Assembly (NCBI GenBank): GCA_964360025.1
Contig: CAYHUD010000002.1
Coordinates: forward strand, 3,602-67,601
Direction: 5' to 3'
Length of the DNA stretch: 64,000 nt
Origin: an uncultured Candidatus Saccharibacteria bacterium
GTDB taxonomy: Bacteria; Patescibacteriota; Minisyncoccia; UBA6257; JAUSGH01
Positions within the stretch are counted from its first letter, which is position 1. Every line of letters starts with the position of its first letter. This document shows positions 57,336 through 64,000 of this stretch, in pieces. The notes under the pieces were generated by a model. That model was not told the DNA's origin, made no database searches, and saw only the letters and a list, made by a program, of their open reading frames with translations. Made by a program: the position numbers and the translations under genes.

Positions 57336-58988
57336 ATGAAAAAACAGACCAAATACATTTTCGTTGTTGGCGGCGTGATGAGCGGAGTGGGGAAGGGCGT
57401 GGCAAGCTCGGCGATCGGCGCAATACTCCAGGCGCGGGGATTTGAAGTCACTTCGGTGAAAATTGATCCCTATGTAAATGTTGACGCGGGTACGATGAAC
57501 CCCACCGAACACGGCGAGGTTTTTGTTTTAAAAGACGGCATGGAGTGCGACCAGGATATGGGCAACTACGAGCGTTTTCTGGGACGCGAACTAGATAAGG
57601 GCAGTTATATGACAACAGGAAGTATTTATCAGTCGGTTATCTCCCGCGAAAGAAATCTTGAGTATGAGGGCCGGTGCGTGGAAGTGGTACCGCACATTCC
57701 TCTGGAGGTTATTAATAAAATTAAAAAAGCGGCAAAAAATCACAAAGCGGAAATCGTCATCACTGAAATCGGCGGCACGGTGGGGGAATATCAGAACATT
57801 TTATTTCTGGAGGCAATTAGAATGTTGCGGCAGATGCACCCCGAAAACGTTGCTCTGGTTTTAGTAAGCTACCTTCCGCTTTTGGGGCGCGATAATGAGC
57901 TTAAAACCAAGCCGACGCAATACGCCGTACGCACACTTCATTCCGCGGGACTCCAGCCGGATATCATCATCGCGCGCGCCCACGTGTCACTGGACGATAA
58001 ACGCAAAGCGAAAATCGCCTTTAATTGCAATATGCGGGACATTGACGTCATCTCCGCTCCGGATATTGAAAGTATTTATGAAATTCCTGTTAATTTTGAG
58101 AAAGATAATTTGAGCGAGATTTTGCTCAAAAAACTTTCTCTGAATTCTCGTCAGCATAACTTTTCGGTCTGGGAAAAACTGACGCGCCGCATTAAAACGG
58201 TTAATCAATCCTTAAAAATCGCGGTGGTTGGTAAATATTTCAAAACAGGAAGTTTTGTTCTGGCAGATTCCTATCTTTCGGTGATTGAAGCCCTAAAACA
58301 CGCCGCCTATGCCGCTGAAATAAAACCGGTTTTAGAGTGGATAGACGCCGAGATGTTTGATCCCGATATTGATAAAAATTGGAAAAAGAATTTAAAAATA
58401 TTAAATCAAGCGGCGGGAGTGCTTGTTCCCGGGGGGTTCGGCTCGCGCGGCGTAGAGGGGAAAATACGGGCAATACGTTACGCTCGCGAAAATAAAATAC
58501 CTTATTTCGGCCTTTGTTACGGCATGCAACTTATGACGATAGAGTTCGCGCGCTATGTCGCGGGGTTTAAAGACGCGAATACCACAGAAGTTAATCCGGA
58601 AACTCCCCATCCCGTAATAGATATCTTACCGGAGCAGAAAATTAATTTAGCTGCCAAAAATTATGGCGCCACGATGCGCCTCGGAGCGTATCCGGCTTTT
58701 TTAAAAAAGGGGACTGCGGCATACGCCGCGTATAAAAAAGACGCGGTTTCCGAACGCCACAGGCACCGCTACGAAGTCAATCCTGAATACATAGAACGGC
58801 TGGAAAAAAGCGGACTTGTATTTTCCGGATCATCTCCTGATAAAAAACTGATGGAAATCGCGGAGCTTCCCAAAACCAAACACCCTTTCTTTTTAGGCAC
58901 CCAGTTTCATCCCGAGTTCCAATCCAGTCCCTTAAAACCGCACCCACTTTTTGCGGCATTCATTAAAGCCGCTAAAAATAAAAAGTAA
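57336..58988 (+). CDS. pyrG: CTP synthase
   Basis: GGVMSGVGKG, DPYVNVDAGTM.P.EHGEVFV, KTKPTQ, PGGFG, GLCYGMQ, ERHRHRYE, QFHPEF. Confidence 0.97.
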   Translation: MKKQTKYIFVVGGVMSGVGKGVASSAIGAILQARGFEVTSVKIDPYVNVDAGTMNPTEHGEVFVLKDGMECDQDMGNYERFLGRELDKGSYMTTGSIYQSVISRERNLEYEGRCVEVVPHIPLEVINKIKKAAKNHKAEIVITEIGGTVGEYQNILFLEAIRMLRQMHPENVALVLVSYLPLLGRDNELKTKPTQYAVRTLHSAGLQPDIIIARAHVSLDDKRKAKIAFNCNMRDIDVISAPDIESIYEIPVNFEKDNLSEILLKKLSLNSRQHNFSVWEKLTRRIKTVNQSLKIAVVGKYFKTGSFVLADSYLSVIEALKHAAYAAEIKPVLEWIDAEMFDPDIDKNWKKNLKILNQAAGVLVPGGFGSRGVEGKIRAIRYARENKIPYFGLCYGMQLMTIEFARYVAGFKDANTTEVNPETPHPVIDILPEQKINLAAKNYGATMRLGAYPAFLKKGTAAYAAYKKDAVSERHRHRYEVNPEYIERLEKSGLVFSGSSPDKKLMEIAELPKTKHPFFLGTQFHPEFQSSPLKPHPLFAAFIKAAKNKK

Positions 58989-59075
58989 AACGATGTTTTC
59001 CGAGCTTTGACAGCCCGGTTGATATGCGCCCAAGCTTTTATTAAAGGAACGTTGATAAAATAAGGAGGTATCGCC

Positions 59076-59573
59076 ATGCCCCAGGAGCTGACTTTATTTT
59101 TTGTCTGTCGCGGATGTTCCAATGACAGCCTACCCTCCGCTCTTACGGTGCGCGGTGAAGCCGAAATGGAAAATGTGGCGTACATTTTGAAGGGACTATG
59201 CGTCATTTCTGAAAACAAAGCTCGTCCGAAACTCACAAAGGAAAACACCTTGCTTTTTACCTCGCCGACCAAGCAAGAAATCCGCTCCGCCGAAATCATA
59301 GCCGCAAAACTCGGATTGGAAAAAGAACAAGTCATTGATTGGTTGCGCGAAGAGAATATTTTCCCCCAGCTTTGCTTCCACGGTCTTTGCGATAAAAATT
59401 GTCTTCCGCTTGATCCCCGGATAGTGAATATCATTGTCGTTACCGAGAAAAACACTCTTCAGAAAATCTTGCAGATTTTCAACGCGCCGCCCCTGCACGT
59501 GGAAAGCGGCTCGCTCTGGAAGATTAATTTGCCTGTGGGCAATATCGTGCGCCTTGATAACCCCCCGCCTTAA
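59076..59573 (+). CDS. Hypothetical protein, degenerate SixA/histidine-phosphatase-like
   Basis: L.FVCRG (RHG lost), LT.RG..E, TSP......SAEII, IIVVTE; strong SD TAAGGAGGT. Confidence 0.5.
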   Translation: MPQELTLFFVCRGCSNDSLPSALTVRGEAEMENVAYILKGLCVISENKARPKLTKENTLLFTSPTKQEIRSAEIIAAKLGLEKEQVIDWLREENIFPQLCFHGLCDKNCLPLDPRIVNIIVVTEKNTLQKILQIFNAPPLHVESGSLWKINLPVGNIVRLDNPPP

Positions 59574-59679
59574 ACGGGGCTATTTTTTTAACTGTTATTA
59601 AATGTAATTTGCGCGCCGCGACCTTTTTATGTTATAATAATTTTGCCCAATAACGGGCTAAGTCAGGAGGGGAACGCTT

Positions 59680-60174
59680 ATGAAGCTGAGGTTCCTCGTA
59701 GCAGCTCTTTGTGGAATGTTTTTGATTTCCGGCATTTGCTTCGGTGAAGATCCTGCCGACAAGGAAAATCCGGGAGCGGTAGAGAAGTCAGTCTCCCCGC
59801 CAAGCCCCGAGGATGTCTATGCGGGGGAACTTCGTAAGCTCTGTGAAGAGTATCGCGCGGAAGTTCACTCCGCCTGGGAAAACTGGCTCACAAGCCATCG
59901 CGCCGCCCGCGAAAAGCATTGGGCACTAGCCGCGCTGGTTTTGAAAAACGCCAGCGAGAAACTCCTGGAAACGAAGCTTCGGGACGCCCCGCAAAAGGCG
60001 CGGGAAGTCGCAGACGACGTCGCCGTCAAGATGCGCGAAGAACACGAGTTTTGTGCCGAAAGTCGCGCGGCGGCCAATCGCGAGCTGAAGTCAGCTCTCC
60101 GTGCGGCCAAAAACAAATTTCGCGCCATGAAGCGCGCCGCAGAAGCCGCCTACCGGGCTTCCCGCGGAAAGTAA
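59680..60174 (+). CDS. Secreted helical hypothetical protein
   Basis: Signal peptide, Ala/Glu/Arg-rich helix; SD AGGAGGGG; downstream hairpin plus T-tract. Confidence 0.6.
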   Translation: MKLRFLVAALCGMFLISGICFGEDPADKENPGAVEKSVSPPSPEDVYAGELRKLCEEYRAEVHSAWENWLTSHRAAREKHWALAALVLKNASEKLLETKLRDAPQKAREVADDVAVKMREEHEFCAESRAAANRELKSALRAAKNKFRAMKRAAEAAYRASRGK

Positions 60175-60268
60175 AATAGTTAGCCCGATACATAACCCGC
60201 CGGCTCCAAAAGCCAGAGCGGGATTTTTTTATAAAAAAGAGTCCGCTCCCGCGAACTCTGAAAACTCT

Positions 60269-61030
60269 TTAGGCTTCTTTTGTCTCTTCTCTTTGCTTGA
60301 GGAGCGTACCAACCAAGAAATCGCCTACCGCCCTCGCCGCATCCATGGGATTTTGCAGATCGTTATTGAATTTGAAAAACGCCCGGAATCTATTTTGAAA
60401 ATTCTCAGCTGTTCTTTCAAAAGCGTCGGTGATAATACCGTGCGTTTTCGGATTCATTCTTCTTCCGGGAGCCGAAACGATGGAGGGTTCTCTTGTCAGA
60501 GCCATTTCCGGGGGACAAGTAAGATAAACCACGGCATCCAGAAGATTGGTAATTCTGGATTGGGAGAAAAAGCCCTGCATAACCTGAAGCTCTTCCTCGC
60601 TGATCAATCTCTCCCTAGAAATCACGTCCCACCAGCAAAGATTGTCAAAAACCGATCTCTCAAAAAGCACGATATGATACCGGGGGTCGTGCAGGCGATC
60701 CAAAAGATTCGTCAGATTATAAACTCCGGCGCGCAGAGTATAGAGAAATTGATCGGCTCTCGTCACTTCTATCGTTCCTGCAGCCTCGGGAAGCGCGTGA
60801 ACCTGAAATTTCGCCCGGCGGAAAAAAGTATAAAGGGCTTCCCTGATTGTTGTTTTTCCCGATTTACTGGTTCCGGCTATTTCCACAAGCAACGGTCCGC
60901 TCCGTTTCTCCGACTTGATACGCCCCGGATCTATCAAACTCAAGAGCTTCAGAGCTCCGGACATCAAGTCGTCTTTAGAAACCCCTGAAAGATTTGAGGA
61001 ATTGGGACTATGGCCCGCTTGGTCTACCAT
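60269..61030 (-). CDS. Thymidylate-kinase-like P-loop NMP kinase
   Basis: VEIAGTSKSGKTT, LFERSVFD, VYL.CPPE.AL.R; SD GGAGGTG. Confidence 0.7.
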   Translation of the reverse strand: MVDQAGHSPNSSNLSGVSKDDLMSGALKLLSLIDPGRIKSEKRSGPLLVEIAGTSKSGKTTIREALYTFFRRAKFQVHALPEAAGTIEVTRADQFLYTLRAGVYNLTNLLDRLHDPRYHIVLFERSVFDNLCWWDVISRERLISEEELQVMQGFFSQSRITNLLDAVVYLTCPPEMALTREPSIVSAPGRRMNPKTHGIITDAFERTAENFQNRFRAFFKFNNDLQNPMDAARAVGDFLVGTLLKQREETKEA

Positions 61031-61086
61031 TAGGGTTCACCTCCACGGTAAAAATAAGAACTATACTAAAACTAAGCAAAACAATT

Positions 61087-61626
61087 TTAAAAAGCAAGGT
61101 GTTTTTTAAGCTCTTCAAAGGCTTTTCTGCGCATACTCAAGGAATTTTTCAGTTCCGGCGCCATTTCCGCAAAAGTTTTCTCATGGCCTGCGGGTTGAAA
61201 TATCGGATCCCAGCCGAAATTAGTGTCTCCCCGGGGGAAAACTATTTCCCCGCGCAATGTTCCCTCAAAATAGCGTATCTCTTTTTCATTTTCGGCATAT
61301 CCGATCATTGTTTTCGCCTCGGCTCCGACATTCCCCATTTTATAAGCAAGATTGAATATTCCCTCATTGCCGATGGTTTTTCTCAGCCACTTGATCAGCG
61401 GTCCGGGAAAACCGTTTAAGCAGTCCAGATACAACGCCGTGTCTTCCACGATCAAACCAGATTTTTTATGGCCCAAAGCCTCCTGAAGTTTAGAGCTGAT
61501 AACCAGCTTAGGATCAATCTCCTGGATTTCGGGCAGATCAATATCCAGCTGGCACAAAGACGGGATAACGGCGAGCGCCTCCGCAAATTTATTTTTATTT
61601 CCCGTGACAAAATATATTTCTCTCAT
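61087..61626 (-). CDS. rdgB: Non-canonical purine NTP pyrophosphatase (Ham1/RdgB)
   Basis: FVTGN.NK, EIQ, VEDT.L....LNGFPGP.IK, FGWDPIF, KN.LS.R. Confidence 0.92.
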   Translation of the reverse strand: MREIYFVTGNKNKFAEALAVIPSLCQLDIDLPEIQEIDPKLVISSKLQEALGHKKSGLIVEDTALYLDCLNGFPGPLIKWLRKTIGNEGIFNLAYKMGNVGAEAKTMIGYAENEKEIRYFEGTLRGEIVFPRGDTNFGWDPIFQPAGHEKTFAEMAPELKNSLSMRRKAFEELKKHLAF

Positions 61627-62258
61627 ATGCCTTCCGCGCGCAAAACAGTAATAACGGTTAAAAGTAAAATTTTGATGTCGTATAAAACTACGAGCCATCC
61701 CGGATTTTCGCGGCAAAACTTTATATAATATGCATCCGCCTCGCGCTGACTTAGTCCTCGCTTTTCTCCTTTATATATCTGAAATTTTCCGGTGATACCC
61801 GCCCTGATCACCATTCTATTATAATCGCCGTTTTTAACCAACGCTTCGTAATCCACGGCATTTACGGGACGCGGCCCCACAAGGCTCATTTCGCCCCTCA
61901 AAACATTGATCAGCTGGGGAAATTCGTCCATATATATCTGTTTTAAAAATCTTCCGGTATAAGTCAGGTTATTTTTATCTTTTTCCAGATTTTTCGTATG
62001 CACAAACTGTCCGGTCTCCATTTTTTCCCGCAAAACCGCGTTCTTAAAAATTCTGAATTTATATATTTTAAACGGCTTACCCTCTGAAATCCGCGTCTCC
62101 GTATAAAAAATACCGCCGCGGGACGCGGCAATAAAGATATTTTCCACTAGCATCGCGAAAAGTATCAGCAGTATAAGAGGGGAGAGGATGAGGGCAAGCG
62201 CCAAACTGAATAAAACATCAAAACCCCTTTTTTCCGCAGAGATATTTACTTTCTCCAT
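61623..62258 (-). CDS. Bacterial sugar transferase (phosphoglycosyl transferase)
   Basis: KR.FD, F.IYKFR, DE.PQL.NVL.GEMSLVGPRP, GITG..Q, D.KIL..T. Confidence 0.92.
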   Translation of the reverse strand: MEKVNISAEKRGFDVLFSLALALILSPLILLILFAMLVENIFIAASRGGIFYTETRISEGKPFKIYKFRIFKNAVLREKMETGQFVHTKNLEKDKNNLTYTGRFLKQIYMDEFPQLINVLRGEMSLVGPRPVNAVDYEALVKNGDYNRMVIRAGITGKFQIYKGEKRGLSQREADAYYIKFCRENPGWLVVLYDIKILLLTVITVLRAEGI

Positions 62259-62365
62259 AACTTATATATTCTATACCATTTTCCAAAAACTGCAAACTTC
62301 TAATTGATTTTGCGCGATAAACGGGCTATTTTTATGTAAGTAGTTCTTTGAGTGGAGGAGCGATA

Positions 62366-62797
62366 ATGCCTAAACATAGCAGTCAGAAATACTGCGGATG
62401 TGGTGAGCTTGCCCACGAGGTCTGTCACACAAATTTCAGTGGCGACCATTACTATTGCAAACAACATGCTCAACAAAGACGAGAAGAAGCTATCGGCGAG
62501 ATGTCGCTAGGAGTTACTTGGGAGTATTTGCCTATTCCAAGACATCCTACAACTATTGAGCACTGGGGGGAGTCTATTCAAACATTGGCGGAACATCTTC
62601 ATCGCCTACGTTATGATGTAGTAGAGGAATTTTACCGACACAGCATTGTTGAACTCCAAAGACAGGAGAAAAAAGATTGGGCGAAGGGTCGTAACCGCCT
62701 CGCCTCTTTATTGAGGAACGCCGCAAGAACAGCGCAAAAACAACGAGGGCAATTCGCCCGCATTTGGAAGCTGTGCCAACCATATATGCAGAAATAA
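62366..62797 (+). CDS. Hypothetical protein with N-terminal Cys/His cluster
   Basis: CGC...C.......YC..H; LRYD...F...L..Q...D...GR..LA..L; promoter TTGATT-17-TATTTT, GTTCTTTGA and GGAGG upstream. Confidence 0.65.
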   Translation: MPKHSSQKYCGCGELAHEVCHTNFSGDHYYCKQHAQQRREEAIGEMSLGVTWEYLPIPRHPTTIEHWGESIQTLAEHLHRLRYDVVEEFYRHSIVELQRQEKKDWAKGRNRLASLLRNAARTAQKQRGQFARIWKLCQPYMQK

Positions 62798-63098
62798 AAA
62801 CACAAACGCCCCAAACTATTGGGGTTTATTTTTTATAAAAATAATCTATTTGACTATTTTTGATTCGCACAATTCTAATTTCAATTCATCCAAAAAAAAT
62901 TTTAAAAACTCCGTGCGTCTTTTTGCTGCTTGTTTCGCCCAGTTAATATGCATCCCTTTTTCCACTACCGAACCCCCGCCTCGCGTCCCGTCCGCTTTTT
63001 TGGATTTCCAAAACCCTTGGCGAATTCTAACGGAAACCCCAGTCGCGTCGCTTCGTGACGCTCCGAATTTTGGCGAAAATGCGAATTCTGTTTTTTTG

Positions 63099-63169
63099 CT
63101 GCCGGGCTTGGAATCGGACCAAGATAAACGCCTTCAAAGGGCGCTGTCCTACCGTTAGACGACCCGGCA
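63099..63169 (-). tRNA. tRNA-Gln(TTG)
   Basis: Minus strand TGCCGGG...GCGCC-CTTTGAA-GGCGT...GGTCCGATTCC..CCCGGCA-G. Confidence 0.92.
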
Positions 63170-63256
63170 AAATACTAACCTCCATATTATACATCGTATT
63201 GCTAAATAAATCCAACCTTGCTAGCTTAAAGCAAACGCTAGGAAAGGAGAGTGTCT

Positions 63257-63610
63257 ATGCGTTCCGCGCTCGTTATCAGCGAGAATACGCCCGAAACTCC
63301 GGAATTGGCTTCCATGCTGGAGTTTGCGCGTGCCAATAACTGGTCTATCGTTTCTCTCTGCACTGTATTCAACGCAGAACTAGTCCAGGTTTTGATGGAC
63401 CGACGAGTACAGAACATTTATTTCGCGGGTAATGAAGCGCAAGCTTTCGCTACCGTATCCGCCGGATATTCTTTCCGAACGTATTTTCTACTGGATCTTT
63501 GGAAAACCAAGGGTTCACGGGACGACCGCCGTGATATCCTGAAATTTCTCCGCGAAAACCTTGTCATTACGACGACAACAAGAGAAGTCCAAAGATTTCG
63601 TCTCATCTGA
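63257..63610 (+). CDS. Hypothetical protein
   Basis: SD AAGGAG; terminator GACCCC-AAACAC-GGGGTC plus T-tract downstream. Confidence 0.55.
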   Translation: MRSALVISENTPETPELASMLEFARANNWSIVSLCTVFNAELVQVLMDRRVQNIYFAGNEAQAFATVSAGYSFRTYFLLDLWKTKGSRDDRRDILKFLRENLVITTTTREVQRFRLI

Positions 63611-63704
63611 CGATCCAAAACGGATCTAGACCCCAAACACGGGGTCCTTTTTTTACTTGCGTTATTTTACCTAATTCTTTCTTCTTTATTCGCTTTGCTC
63701 GCGA

Positions 63705-64000
63705 TTATTTCAAATTCTCAACTATCGCTACTTCCAAGGGCGCAATCGCGAGGGGGCTATAGCGCGCCTCGCCCCAAGCGCGGATGAGAGATCGCATCAG
63801 TCCGGTCAAAAATTTGGGATCGGCCATAACGCTTGCCGCCTTAATTCTTTTTAATTCATCTCCCGTCACTTCACGAGCAAACAGCTCCTCTAGGCGCGCG
63901 CCGCACTTTAAAGCCAGAACCCGCCGCAAATAAATAATCAGTTCTTTATTCAAATCAATAATATTATGCCCCTCATTATATAAGCCCGCGCTAAAACTCA
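63705..64000 (-). CDS. dnaX: Probable DNA polymerase III subunit gamma/tau, C-terminal part (continues beyond the window)
   Basis: F.KELI.YLRR.L.LK and A....YSP....PLEVAIVE resemble DnaX domain III ends in CPR; partial. Confidence 0.6.
   Translation of the reverse strand, partial: SFSAGLYNEGHNIIDLNKELIIYLRRVLALKCGARLEELFAREVTGDELKRIKAASVMADPKFLTGLMRSLIRAWGEARYSPLAIAPLEVAIVENLK

Noticed and set aside
60293-60988. 231-aa antisense ORF, and other long shadow ORFs such as 58907-59455 and 49899-50456
   Set aside because: They overlap motif-bearing genes on the opposite strand and show no recognisable motifs or translation signals
63099-63169. tRNA-Gln(TTG) as a pseudogene because the T-loop reads TCCGA
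   Set aside because: All stems pair and an upstream TATAAT is present on the minus strand; a single T-loop variant is not enough
1-64000. Alternative genetic code or stop-codon reassignment
   Set aside because: Conserved genes end normally in TAA, TAG and TGA and conserved Trp positions use TGG; the two in-frame stops are different codons in accessory genes
1-64000. CRISPR array, cas genes, reverse transcriptase/DGR, prophage
   Set aside because: No regularly spaced direct repeats, no RT or Cas motifs and no phage structural genes were seen

Overview
64-kb chromosomal window from a Patescibacteria/CPR (Parcubacteria-like) bacterium using the standard genetic code 11. The lineage is inferred from the gene repertoire: GAD-less AspRS, a VirD4-like ATPase with a C-terminal zinc ribbon, split ComEC, a cohesin surface protein, a short RF2 and many orphan ORFs. 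The window is mostly housekeeping (efp, mnmA, aspS, ndk, lepA, prfB, ftsEX, xth, sod, fmt/def, rplI, rpmA, pgk, pyrG, 3' end of dnaX), plus a type IV pilus cluster, four tRNAs and RNase P RNA. No CRISPR array, intact transposase or prophage was seen. The most interesting signals are non-coding. (1) A ~330-nt ORF-less unit at 30.1-30.45 kb has its own sigma70 promoter and terminator, a pseudoknotted 5' domain and an anti-SD-like 3' domain; I cannot assign it to any known RNA family. (2) Gene leaders fall into two classes: leaderless-type housekeeping genes, and orphan genes with a -35/-10 promoter, a boxA-like GTTCTTTGA motif and a strong SD. (3) Miniature inverted-repeat elements ending in ATCCCGTTAGA supply start and stop codons to neighbouring genes. 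(4) Palindromic repeats are inserted in frame in SOD, AspRS and MnmA. Several decay scars are also visible: a histidine kinase with compensated frameshifts and a nonsense codon, a CoaB-CobO chimera and a putative recombinase remnant at tRNA-Gln. All calls are from reading the sequence by eye; no searches were run.
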